Positions 42,047 to 53,939 of a stretch of 64,000 nt of DNA are shown here, in pieces (positions within the stretch are counted from its first letter, which is position 1; every line of letters starts with the position of its first letter). Under the pieces are notes generated by a model. The model did not search any database and was not told where the DNA came from. It saw nothing but the letters and a program-made list of their open reading frames with translations. The position numbers and the translations under genes were made by a program. The DNA is from Squalus acanthias. Lineage: Eukaryota. The stretch covers positions 102,054,001 through 102,118,000 of the forward strand of contig CM059431.1 in NCBI GenBank assembly GCA_030390025.1. The letters are read 5' to 3'.

Positions 42047-42600
42047 CAGATAAACACATGAGGGAGAAAGGAATAGAAGGATATGCTGATAGGGTGAGAT
42101 GAAGAGGGGTGGGAGGAGGCTCGTGTGGAGCAGAAACACCGGCACGGACCAGTTGGGCCGAATGGCCTGTCTCTGTGCTGTAAATTCTATGGAATTCTAT
42201 GTAAGAAGCACCGAGAGAGTGGTTAGAATGTGGAACTTGCTGCCACAAGGAGTAGTTGAGGGTTTCGATCAGGTAGACGTAGAGAGGATGTTTCCACTTG
42301 TGGGGGAGACAAGAACTAGGGGCCATAAAGATAAGACAGTCACTAATAAATCCAATAAGGAATTCAGGAGAAACTTCTTTACCCAGAGAGTGGTTAGATT
42401 GTGGAACTCGCTCCCACAGGGAGTGGTTGAGGCGAATAGCATAGGCGCATTTAAGGGGAAACTGGATAAACACCTGAGGGAGAAAGGAATAGAAGGATAT
42501 GCTGATGGGGTGAGATGAAGAAGGGTGGGAGGAGGCTCGTGTGGAGCAGAAACACCGGCACGGACCAGTTGGGCCGAATGGCCTGTTTCTGTGCTGCACA
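42047..42600 (+). mobile_element. CR1-type 3' fragments in partial tandem duplication
   Basis: The tail segment GATAAACAC..AGGGAGAAAGGAATAGAAGG..GGCCTGT..CTGTGCTG occurs twice (~42047-42180 and ~42463-42596). Confidence 0.85.
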
Positions 42601-42774
42601 GTCTTAAGTAAATCTATGTAAAACAACAAGAGCAACTAATAAAATAAGTGGATTAGCTGAAGCCTTGCAATATAATCAGCATTACTTTTGAGTTAGAGAT
42701 AAATCGACAGACTTTCCCAGCATACAAGCAACGTAACAAGCCACATTCCAAAACCAACAGCAGGAAAGCCTCAC

Positions 42775-42926
42775 CTTTCAAACGTATATTCACTTTCAGC
42801 CCTGAAGAAGTACACATGTGACTTGAACTGTAGCTTGAAGACATAGTCCTTGTGAATGTTGTCGGACTCTGCAGGGATGGTAACGGAATAGCCCAGCAAT
42901 GGCAAGCTTGCTAGCGGATGATTATC
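42775..42926 (-). CDS. FARP1: FARP1 coding exon (second PH domain): DNHPLASLPLLGYSVTIPAESDNIHKDYVFKLQFKSHVYFFRAESEYTFE(R)
   Basis: CCCGTAG acceptor and AG|GTGAGG donor; 152 nt; phases fit both neighbouring exons; near-identical to the recalled FARP1 sequence. Confidence 0.96.
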
Positions 42927-43304
42927 CTACGGGAAGATTCACAGTGGAGTTAGAGGCGACAGGCAAAACATCCTCTGGAGGAAAAATACCAAAAACATCG
43001 TTGAATGCAGTTCGATGCTTCCATGACTTATTTTTGGAAACAAGAAATCCACGTTGTGGAGAGAGAGAGAAACTGCGGAGAAATAGAATGCGAGAGATTG
43101 AGAGGGAACAGGGGAGACCGAAAGAATGCAAAACAAACAGGACAAGATTGGGAAGGCAGGAAGGATTAAAGAATGCGAGACAAACAGAATGACGATTACA
43201 CAAAGAAAGACACAATTCTTGTTATTTTTGTCCGTGAGCGAGAGATAGCATGAGGGGCCCACTCATGCACAAATAAATCTTGTCAAACTGGGTTTCCTTA
43301 TTTT

Positions 43305-43710
43305 TTATTGCTGACCTACATTGGCTCCCGGTTAAGCAACATTGCAATTTAAAAATTCTCATCCTTGTTTTCAAATCCCTTCATGGCCACGCCCCTCCCT
43401 ATCTCTGTAACCTCCTCCAGCCCTACAACCCCCCGAGATATCTGCGCTCCTCCAATTCTGCCCTCTTGAGCATCCCTGATTATAATCGCTCCACCACTGG
43501 CGGCCGTGCCTTCAGCTGCCAAGGCCCGAAGTTCTGGAATTCCCTCCCTAATCCTCTCTACCTCTCTTTCCTCCTATAAGACGCTCCTTAAAACCTACTT
43601 CTTTGACTAAGTATCTGCCCTAACATCTCCTTATGTGGCTCGGTGTCAAATTTTGTTTGATAACGCTCCTGTGAAGCGCCTTGGGACTATATAAATACAA
43701 GTTGTTGTTA
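43305..43710 (+). mobile_element. L2-type LINE 3' fragment
   Basis: ORF 43280-43579 ADLHWLPVKQ..FKSLHG.APPYLCNLLQPYNPPRYLRSS..GGRAFS; (GTT)n tail. Confidence 0.88.
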
Positions 43711-43713
43711 TTT

Positions 43714-44035
43714 TGGATGAGAAGTTAAACTGAGGTCTGCTCTCTCAGGTGGACGTAAAAGATCCCAAGGCACTATTTCGAAGAAGAGCAGGGGAGTTAT
43801 CCCCGGTGTCCTGGGGCCAATATTTATCCCTCAATCAACATCACTAAAACAGATGATCTGGTCATTATCACATTGCTGTTTGTGGGACCTTGCTGTGCAC
43901 AAATTGGCTGCATTGTTTCCCTACATTACAACACTGACCACACTTCAAAAGTACTTCATTGACTGTAAAGCGCTTTGGGACGTCCTGAAGTTGTGAAAGG
44001 CGCTATATAAATGCAAGTCTTTCTTTTTTCTTTTT
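43714..44035 (+). mobile_element. 5'-truncated Deu-domain SINE (SacSINE1/AmnSINE1-related) with L2-type tail
   Basis: CAGGTGGACGTAAAAGATCCC..GGCACTATTTCGAAGAAGAGCAGGGGAGTT..CCCGGTGTCCTGG core, recognised from memory as the Deu domain; tail AAAGGCGCTATATAAATGCAAGT. Confidence 0.8.
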
Positions 44036-44279
44036 CTGGAATGTTTCGATTCACTGTCTTGATTTTAATTTTCATTCTGATTTTTTTTAAATAAACTGCA
44101 GGATTCAGGTGCCTGTTTAACAATCTCCCACTGACTTCACACTGACTTTGATCTGCTGTTCATGCCAGATGTGAACACATAGCATTTCAGTTTACTGCAG
44201 ACTCGATGCAGGCACATTTTATTTTTTAATGAGAGTTTCAGCGGAAAGCAGAAGGTGGTACGGCAGCAACTCAAAAAAA

Positions 44280-44680
44280 ACCAGCCCCCTCGAGCCTGTT
44301 CTGCCATTCAATTAGATCACGGGCTGATCTGCATCTCAACTCCGTCTACCCGCCTTGGTTCCGTAACCCTTAAAACCCTTTAGCCAACAAAAATCTATCG
44401 ATCTCAGTTTTGAAATTTTCAATTGACCCCCAGCCTCAACAGCTTTTTTGGGGGGGAGAGAGTTCCAGGTTTCCACCACCCTTTGTGTGAAGAAGTGCTT
44501 CCTGACATCACCCCTGAACGGCCTGGCTCTAATTTTAAGGTTGTGCCCCCTTGTTCTGGACTCCCCCTCACCAGAGGAAATAGTTTCTCTCTATCCACCC
44601 TATCGAATCCTTGAATCATCTTCAACCCCTTGATTAGATCACCCCTTAATCTTCTACACTCAAGGGAATACAGGCCTACA
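44280..44680 (-). mobile_element. CR1-type LINE 3' fragment
   Basis: Minus ORF LYSLECRRLRGDLIK..GFDRVDREKLFPLV. Confidence 0.85.
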
Positions 44681-44831
44681 TTGCTCCTCCAAGTCAACAC
44701 ATTATAAATGGGGTAGAGACCTTCATGTGAAACCTCAAAAAAGGAAAGAACCTTAATTTCAGAATTCATACTGGTATATGTAGACAGAGCAGGTAGCTAC
44801 AAGAAATAGTTTTAGAGTATGCAGTGCCTTT

Positions 44832-45222
44832 CATAGAAACATAGAAGATAGGAGCAGGAGTAGGCCATTCGGCCCCTCGAGCCTGTTCCGCCATTTAATG
44901 AGATCATGGCTGATCATCCAAATTCAGTACCCTGTCCCTGCTTTCTCCCCATATCCCTTGTTCCCTTTAGCCTTAAGAAATATATCTAACTCCTTCCTGA
45001 ATATATTTAATGAATTGGCCTCAACGGCCTTCTGTGGTAGAGAATTCCACAGGTTCACCACTCTCTGGGTGAAGAAATTCCTCCTCATCTCAGTCCAAAA
45101 TGGCTTACCCCTTATCCTCAGACTGTGAACTCTGGTTCTGGACTCCCCCGCCATCGGGAACATCCTTCCTGCATCTAGTCTGTCTAGTCCTGTTAGAATT
45201 TTATAAGTTTCAATGAGATCCC
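44832..45222 (-). mobile_element. CR1/HER1-type LINE 3' fragment sharing its tail with the V-SINE
   Basis: Minus ORF DLIETYKILTGLDRLDAGRMFP..RRNFFTQRVVNLWNSLPQKAVEA; CATAGAAACATAGAA tail. Confidence 0.9.
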
Positions 45223-45302
45223 TCACCACCTCAGGACGTCCCAAAGCGCTTTACAGCCAATTAAGTACTTTTTGATATCGCAGTCACTGTTGTAACGTAG
45301 GA
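45222..45302 (-). mobile_element. Short 3' remnant of the Deu-type SINE
   Basis: Reverse complement of ~43915-43998 (GGACGTCCCAAAGCGCTTTACAG..AAGTACTTTT). Confidence 0.65.
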
Positions 45303-45374
45303 AGTGAAGGCAATGTCCTTGGAAATGGCACGTTCAGTCCCTCGAATGCATGGTTACTCTAGTGTATGACTCAC

Positions 45375-45482
45375 CTGATGCGATTTGTAGAAAAAGAGGC
45401 AGAAGTTGGTGAAGACCACCCAAAGCTTTTGCCAGCCGTTGCTGTTCTTGAATTTTCTCAGCAAGTTTCCAGACAGCTGATT
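45375..45482 (-). CDS. FARP1: FARP1 coding exon (start of second PH domain): NQLSGNLLRKFKNSNGWQKLWVVFTNFCLFFYKSHQ
   Basis: CCCGCATCAG acceptor and CAG|GTGAGT donor; 108 nt, phase 0/0; matches recalled FARP1. Confidence 0.97.
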
Positions 45483-45587
45483 CTGATGCGGGAGGAAACC
45501 ACAAATAACGTGACGTAAAATAAAAACAAAATGTTACAAGGCAATCGCGAGAGAGGTATTAACACGAAAAAAGACAGAGGAAGTAAG

Positions 45588-48500
45588 ACTGCTGCCCACT
45601 AGTGAAATCTCACTGTTGCCCACTAGTGAAATCGCACTGTTGCCCACGAGTGAAATCGCACTGCTGCCCACTAGTGAAATCTCACTGTTGCCCACTAGTG
45701 AAATCGCACTGCTGCCCACTAGTGAAATCGCACTGCTGCCCACTAGTGAAATCGCACTGTTGCCCACGAGTGAAATCTCTCTGTTGCCCACTAGTGAAAT
45801 CACACTGTTGCCCACTAGTGAAATCGCACTGTTGCCCACTAGTGAAATCGCACTGTTGCCCACTAGTGAAATCAGACTGTTGCCCACTAGTGAAATCTCA
45901 CTGTTGCCCACTAGTGAAATCGCACTGCTGCCCACGAGTGAAATCACACCGTTGCCCATTAGTGAAATCGCACTGTTGCCCACTAGTGAAATCACACTGT
46001 TGCCCACGAGTGAAATCACACCGTTGCCCACTAGTGAAATCGCACTGTTGCCCACTAGTCAAATCACACTGTTGCCCACTAGAGAAATCTCGCTGCTGCC
46101 CACTAGTGAAATCGCACTGCTGCCCACTAGTGAAATCGCACTGCTGCCCACTAGTGAAATCGCACTGTTGCCCACTAGTGAAATCGCACTGTTGCCCACT
46201 AGAGAAATCGCACTGCTGCCCACTAGTGAAATCGCACTGTTGCCCACTAGTGAAATCTCACTGCTGCCCACTAGTGAAATCGCACTGTTGCCCACTAGTG
46301 AAATCACACTGTTGCCCACTAGTGAAATCACACTGTTGCCCACTAGTGAAATCACACTGTTGCCCACTAGAGAAATCGCACTGCTGCCCACGAGTGAAAT
46401 CGCACAGCTGCCCACGAGTGAAATCGCACTGCTCCCACGAGTGAAATCTCTCTGTTGCCCACTAGTGAAATCACACTGTTGCCCACTAGTGAAATCGCAC
46501 TGTTGCCCACTAGTGAAATCGCACAGCTGCCCACTAGTGAAATCGCACTGTTGCCCACTAGTGAAATCTCACTGCTGCACACTAGAGAAATCTCACTGCT
46601 GCCCACTAGTGAAATCGCACTGTTGCCCACAAGTGAAATCGCACTGCTGCCCACGAGTGAAATCGCACTGTTGCCCACTAGTGAAATCTCACTGTTGCCC
46701 ACTAGAGAAATCTCACTGCTGCCCACGAGTGAAATCGCACTGTTGCCCACTAGTGAAATCTCACTGTTGCCCACTAGAGAAATCTCACTGCTGCCTACTA
46801 GTGAAATCGCACTGTTGCCCACTAGTGAAATCTCACTGCTGCACACTAGAGAAATCTCACTGCTGCCCACTAGTGAAATCGCACTGTTGCCCACAAGTGA
46901 AATCGCACTGCTGCCCACGAGTGAAATCGCACTGTTGCCCACTAGTGAAATCTCAGTTGCCCACTAGCGAAATCTCACTGCTGCCCACGAGTGAAATCGC
47001 ACTGTTGCCCACTAGTGAAATCTCACTGTTGCCCACTAGAGAAATCTCACTGCTGCCCACTAGTGAAATCGCACTGTTGCCCACTAGAGAAATCTCACTG
47101 CTGCCCACTAGTGAAATTGCACTGCTGCCCACTAGTGAAATCGCACTGTTGCCCACTAGAGAAATCTCACTGCTGCCCACTAGTGAAATCGCACTGTTGC
47201 CCACAAGTGAAATCGCACTGCTGCCCACGAGTGAAATCTCACTGCTGCCCACTAGTGAAATCGCACTGTTGCCCACTAGTGAAATCGCACTGTTGCCCAC
47301 TAGTGAAATCGCACTGTTGCCCACTAGTGAAATCTCACTGCTGCCCACTAGTGAAATCGCACTGTTGCCCACTAGTGAAATCGCACTGTTGCCCACTAGT
47401 GAAATCGCACTGCTGCCCACTAGTGAAATCGCACTGTTGCCCACTAGAGAAATCTCACTGTTGCCCATTAGTGAAATCGCACTGTTGCCCACTAGTGAAA
47501 TCGCACTGCTGCCCACTAGTGAAATCGCACTGTTGCCCACTAGTGAAATCGCACTGCTGCCCACTAGTGAAATCTCACTGCTGCCCACTAGTGAAATCGC
47601 ACTGTTGCCCACTAGTGAAATCGCACTGTTGCCCACGAGTGAAATCGCACTGTTGCCCACTAGAGAAATCTCACTGTTGCCCATTAGTGAAATCGCACTG
47701 CTGCCCACGAGTGAAATCGCACAGCTACCCACGAGTGAAATCTCACTGCTGCCCACTAGTGAAATCGCACTGTTGCCCACTAGTGAAATCGCACTGTTGC
47801 CCACTAGTGAAATCGCACTGTTGCCCACTAGTGAAATCGCACTGTTGCCCACTAGAGAAATCTCACTGCTGGTGAAATCGCCCTGTTGCCCACTAGAGAA
47901 ATCTCACTGCTGCCCACTAGTGAAATCGCACTGTTGCCCACGAGTGAAATCGCACTGCTGCCCACGAGTGAAATCGCACTGCTGCCCACGAGTGAAATCT
48001 CTCTGTTGCCCACTAGTGAAATCACACTGTTGCCCACTAGTGAAATCGCACAGCTGCCCACGAGTGAAATTACACTCCTGCCCACTAGTGAAATCGCACT
48101 GTTGCCCACTAGTGAAATCGCATGGTTGCCCACTAGTGAAATCGCACTGTTGCCCACCAGTGAAATCGCACTGTTGCCCACTAGAGAAATCTCACTGCTG
48201 CCCACGAGTAAAATCACACCGTTGCCCATTAGTGAAATCTCACTGCTGCCCACTAGTGAAATCGCACTGTTGCCCACTAGTGAAATCGCACTGTTGCCCA
48301 ATGGAGAAATCTCACTGCTGGTGAAATTGCACTGTTGCCCACTAGTGAAATCGCACTGCTGCCCACGAGTGAAATCGCACAGCTACCCACGAGTGAAATC
48401 TCACTGCTGCCCACTAGTGAAATCGCACTGTTGCCCACTAGTGAAATCGCACTGTTGCCCACTAGTGAAATCACACTGCTGCCCACGAGTGAAATCGCAC

Positions 48501-51500
48501 AGCTACCCACGAGTGAAATTACACTCCTGCCCACTAGTGAAATCGCACTGTTGCCCACTAGTGAAATCGCACTGTTGCCCACCAGTGAAATCGCACTGTT
48601 GCCCACTAGAGAAATCTCACTGCTGCCCACGAGTGAAATCACACCGTTGCCCATTAGTGAAATCGCACCGTTGCCCACTAGTGAAATCGCACTGTTGCCC
48701 ACGAGTGAAATCGCACCGTTGCCCATTAGTGAAATCGCACCGTTGCCCATTAGTGAAATCGCACCGTTGCCCACTAGTGAAATCGCACCGTTGCCCACTA
48801 GTGAAATCTCACTGTTGCCCACTAGAGAAATCTCACTGCTGCCCACTAGTGAAATCGCACTGTTGTCCACTAGTGAAATCACACTGCTGCCCACCAGTGA
48901 AATCACACTGCTGCCCACTAGTGAAATCGCACTGCTGCCCACGAGTGAATTCTCACTGCTGCCCACTTGTGAACTCACACTGTTGCCCACTAGTGAAATC
49001 GCACTGCTGCCCACGAGTGAAATCGCACAGCTGCCCACGAGTGAAATCGCACTGCTGCCCACGAGTGAAATCTCTCTGTTGCCCACTAGTGAAATCACAC
49101 TGTTGCCCACTAGTGAAATCGCACTGCTGCCCACGAGTGAAATCGCACAGCTGCCCACGAGTGAAATCGCACTGCTGCCCACGAGTGAAATCTCTCTGTT
49201 GCCCACTAGTGAAATCACAATGTTGCCCACTAGTGAAATCGCACAGCTGCCCACTAGTGAAATCGCACTGCTGCCCACGAGTGAAATCACACTGCTGCCC
49301 ACTAGTGAAATCGCACTGTTGCCCACTAGAGAAATCTCACTGCTGCCCACTAGTGAAATCGCACTGTTGCCCACTAGAGAAATCTCACTGCTGCCCACTA
49401 GTGAAATTGCACTGCTGCCCACTAGTGAAATCGCACTGTTGCCCACTAGAGAAATCTCACTGCTGCCCACTAGTGAAATCGCACTGTTGCCCACAAGTGA
49501 AATCGCACTGCTGCCCACGAGTGAAATCTCACTGCTGCCCACTAGTGAAATCGCACTGTTGCCCACTAGTGAAATCGCACTGTTGCCCACTAGTGAAATC
49601 GCACTGTTGCCCACTAGTGAAATCTCACTGCTGCCCACTAGTGAAATCGCACTGTTGCCCACTAGTGAAATCGCACTGTTGCCCACTAGTGAAATCGCAC
49701 TGCTGCCCACTAGTGAAATCGCACTGTTGCCCACTAGAGAAATCTCACTGTTGCCCATTAGTGAAATCGCACTGTTGCCCACTAGTGAAATCGCACTGCT
49801 GCCCACTAGTGAAATCGCACTGTTGCCCACTAGTGAAATCGCACTGCTGCCCACTAGTGAAATCTCACTGCTGCCCACTAGTGAAATCGCACTGTTGCCC
49901 ACTAGTGAAATCGCACTGTTGCCCACGAGTGAAATCGCACTGTTGCCCACTAGAGAAATCTCACTGTTGCCCATTAGTGAAATCGCACTGCTGCCCACGA
50001 GTGAAATCGCACAGCTACCCACGAGTGAAATCTCACTGCTGCCCACTAGTGAAATCGCACTGTTGCCCACTAGTGAAATCGCACTGTTGCCCACTAGTGA
50101 AATCGCACTGTTGCCCACTAGTGAAATCGCACTGTTGCCCACTAGAGAAATCTCACTGCTGGTGAAATCGCCCTGTTGCCCACTAGAGAAATCTCACTGC
50201 TGCCCACTAGTGAAATCGCACTGTTGCCCACGAGTGAAATCGCACTGCTGCCCACGAGTGAAATCGCACTGCTGCCCACGAGTGAAATCTCTCTGTTGCC
50301 CACTAGTGAAATCACACTGTTGCCCACTAGTGAAATCGCACAGCTGCCCACGAGTGAAATTACACTCCTGCCCACTAGTGAAATCGCACTGTTGCCCACT
50401 AGTGAAATCGCATGGTTGCCCACTAGTGAAATCGCACTGTTGCCCACCAGTGAAATCGCACTGTTGCCCACTAGAGAAATCTCACTGCTGCCCACGAGTA
50501 AAATCACACCGTTGCCCATTAGTGAAATCTCACTGCTGCCCACTAGTGAAATCGCACTGTTGCCCACTAGTGAAATCGCACTGTTGCCCAATGGAGAATT
50601 CTCACTGCTGGTGAAATTGCACTGTTGCCCACTAGTGAAATCGCACTGCTGCCCACGAGTGAAATCGCACAGCTACCCACGAGTGAAATCTCACTGCTGC
50701 CCACTAGTGAAATCGCACTGTTGCCCACTAGTGAAATCGCACTGTTGCCCACTAGTGAAATCACACTGCTGCCCACGAGTGAAATCGCACAGCTACCCAC
50801 GAGTGAAATTACACTCCTGCCCACTAGTGAAATCGCACTGTTGCCCACTAGTGAAATCGCACTGTTGCCCACCAGTGAAATCGCACTGTTGCCCACTAGA
50901 GAAATCTCACTGCTGCCCACGAGTGAAATCACACCGTTGCCCATTAGTGAAATCGCACCGTTGCCCACTAGTGAAATCGCACTGTTGCCCACGAGTGAAA
51001 TCGCACCGTTGCCCATTAGTGAAATCGCACCGTTGCCCATTAGTGAAATCGCACCGTTGCCCACTAGTGAAATCGCACCGTTGCCCACTAGTGAAATCTC
51101 ACTGTTGCCCACTAGAGAAATCTCACTGCTGCCCACTAGTGAAATCGCACTGTTGTCCACTAGTGAAATCACACTGCTGCCCACCAGTGAAATCACACTG
51201 CTGCCCACTAGTGAAATCGCACTGCTGCCCACGAGTGAATTCTCACTGCTGCCCACTAGTGAAATCGCACTGTTGCCCACTAGTGAAATCGCACTGCTGC
51301 CCACTAGAGAAATCTCACTGTTGCCCACTTGTGAACTCACACTGTTGCCCACTAGTGAAATCGCACTGCTGCCCACGAGTGAAATCGCACAGCTGCCCAC
51401 GAGTGAAATCGCACTGCTGCCCACGAGTGAAATCTCTCTGTTGCCCACTAGTGAAATCACACTGTTGCCCACTAGTGAAATCGCACTGCTGCCCACGAGT

Positions 51501-52837
51501 GAAATCGCACAGCTGCCCACGAGTGAAATCTCTCTGTTGCCCACTAGTGAAATCACAATGTTGCCCACTAGTGAAATCGCACAGCTGCCCACTAGTGAAA
51601 TCGCACTGCTGCCCACGAGTGAAATCACACTGCTGCCCACTAGTGAAATCGCACTGTTGCCCACTAGTGAAATCGCACTGCTGCCCACTAGAGAAATCTC
51701 ACTGTTGCCCACGAGTGAAATCGCACTGCTGCCCACTAGTGAAATCACACTGCTGCCCACGAGTGAAATCGCACTGCTGCCCACGAGTGAAATCGCACTG
51801 CTGCCCACTAGTGAAATCGCACTGTTGCCCACGAGTGAAATCGCACTGCTGCCCACTAGTGAAATCACACTGCTGCCCACGAGTGAAATCTCACTGCTGC
51901 CCACGAGTGAAATCGCACTGCTGCCCACTAGAGAAATCTCACTGTTGCCCACGAGTGAAATCGCACTGCTGCCCACTAGTGAAATCACACTGCTGCCCAC
52001 GAGTGAAATCGCACTGCTGCCCACGAGTGAAATCGCACTGCTGCCCACGAGTGAAATCGCACTGCTGCCCACGAGTGAAATCTCTCTGTTGCCCACTAGT
52101 GAAATCGCACTGTTGCCCACTAGTGAAATCGCACTGCTGCCCACTAGTGAAATCACACTGTTGCCCACGAGTGAAATCGCACTGCTGCCCACGAGTGAAA
52201 TCGCACTGCTGCCCACGAGTGAAATCTCTCTGTTGCCCACGAGTGAAATCGCACTGTTGCCCACTAGTGAAATCGCACTGTTGCCCACTAGTGAAATCGC
52301 ACTGCTGCCCACCAGTGAAATCTCACTGCTGCCCACTAGTGAATTCGCACTGCTGCCCACTAGTGAAATCGCACTGTTGCCCACGAGTGAAATCGCACTG
52401 TTGCCCACTAGTGAAATCGCACTGCTGCCCACTAGTGAAATCGCACTGTTGCCCACTAGAGAAATCTCACTGCTGCCCACGAGTGAAATCGCACTGCTGC
52501 CCACTAGTGAAATCGCACTGTTGCCCACTAGAGAAATCTCACTGCTGCCCACTAGTGAAATCGCACTGCTGCCCACGAGTGAAATCTCACTGCTGCCCAC
52601 GAGTGAAATCTCTCTGTTGCCCACTAGTGAAATCACACTGTTGCCCACTGGTGAAATCACACTGTTGCCCATGAGTGAAATCGCACTGTTGCCCACTAGT
52701 GAAATCACACTGTTGCCCACTAGTGAAATCGCACTGTTGCCCACTAGTGAAATCACACTGTTGCCCACTAGTGAAATCACACTGTTGCCCACTAGTGAAA
52801 TCGCACTGTTGCCCACTAGTGAAATCGCACTGTTGCC
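45588..52837. repeat. 24-bp minisatellite (CACTAGTGAAATCGCACTGTTGCC)n, about 300 units, intronic in FARP1
   Basis: Directly visible tandem repeat with point variants and a few short-unit variants. Confidence 0.98.
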
Positions 52838-52901
52838 GGTGTTTCTTATAAGCAAAGGAGAACTTGCTGCTAATGATATTGTCCATTTTTGCATTTCAAC
52901 T

Positions 52902-53173
52902 TAGGGTCGCCAACCCTCCAGGGTTGCCCTGGAGTCTCCAGGAATTGAAGATTAATCTCTGGGACACACCGCCGCCAGCAAACGCCCGGGAGAAAAATCA
53001 TAAAGGGCATTCAATTATTATTTTTTAATGATCTTTGAACACTTTTGTTTATTGGTTATTGGAGATGGGGGTGGGGGTGGGGAGAGGCTGTTTGAGCGGG
53101 CGGGGCGGTTGGAGGCAGGAGGTTATGTGATGAAACCTCCAAGGAAGGCCCCCAACCAGAGTTGGCGACCCGA
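52902..53173. mobile_element. Non-autonomous hAT-like DNA transposon (TAGGGTTGCCAAC-type TIR), short copy
   Basis: TAGGGTCGCCAACCCTCC ... GAGTTGGCGACCCGA; homologous to the copies at 56378 and 59229. Confidence 0.75.
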
Positions 53174-53203
53174 GCCAACTGCAGAACTTTAAACAAATTC
53201 AAA

Positions 53204-53939
53204 GGGGGAAAAATTCAGCTGCTTGCGCCTCCCGTTAGCGCCTTAAGAGGGCGCTAATGGGGCGTAAAGCAGCTAACGCCCGGGCGCAGCGCCGCCCACG
53301 CCTCCCGAAAAATTTAGTGGGAGGTTAGCGGCGGCGGCAGCCGGTAGCGCCCTGTGGCGCTGCGCCGCCGGCGATGACGTCATCGCCGTGCGCAGCACCC
53401 CGCTCGCGATCTTCAGTCGCGCCCCCTGATTTACCGCCAGACGCTATGTCCGACGGGTTCAGGGAGGCGTACGTGCGGCCGGGGCGGCGATATTTAAAGC
53501 GGAGGTGGCAGGCGGCCATTTTTGTTGCTGGCCGCCTGCCAGCACCTGCCCCCGGCCCCCGTGAAGCCCCCCCACCGTGAAGTGCCGGCTGCGCTCCAAG
53601 AGCCCGGCACTTCTCTTGAGTGCCGGGCTCTTTTGCCGGCACTCCCGATCCCTGGGGGCCCAGCTGGGCCCCGGTTCGCGCTGCGCAGGGTCCCTCCCCT
53701 TTAAGAAGGGGAGGAAGGCCTGCAATACCGCGGCGCGACGTGCCGCAGCGACGTAGCGCCAGGATATTCACTCGCAGCGCCCCAAGAGGGATGCGGGCTG
53801 CTTCCAGTTGCGCCCCGCTTCCCTCTTGGGGCGCAACCACTGAAGTTCCGGCGCGGGGCCGCTAATTTTTTCGGGGCGCTAAAAGTCGCGCCCCGGCGAG
53901 GTTAGCGCCCCAAATGGGGCGCGACTCAATTTTTACCCC
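53204..53939. mobile_element. GC/CpG-rich non-autonomous DNA transposon (PIF/Harbinger-like)
   Basis: TIRs GGGGGAAAAATT / AATTTTTACCCC (11/12 match), flanked by AAA on both sides (possible 3-bp TSD); repeated TTAGCGCC/GGCGCTAA subterminal motifs. Confidence 0.7.

Noticed and set aside
1..52837. CRISPR-like arrays (24-29-bp repeats)
   Set aside because: Units are head-to-tail with no unique spacers, there are no cas genes, and the context is vertebrate.
45534..52904. Long Cys/His-rich (VKSHCCPL)n and mucin-like (LLPTSEIA)n ORFs as novel proteins
   Set aside because: They follow from a 24-bp unit lacking stops. ORFs overlap on both strands, switch frame at indels, have no unique domain or signal peptide, and lie in a FARP1 intron.
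53325..53865. Coding exon or host-gene promoter in the GC-rich block
   Set aside because: The ORFs are low-complexity GC artefacts. The FARP1 exons at 62933 and 45482 join in frame without it, and the block is bounded by TIRs.
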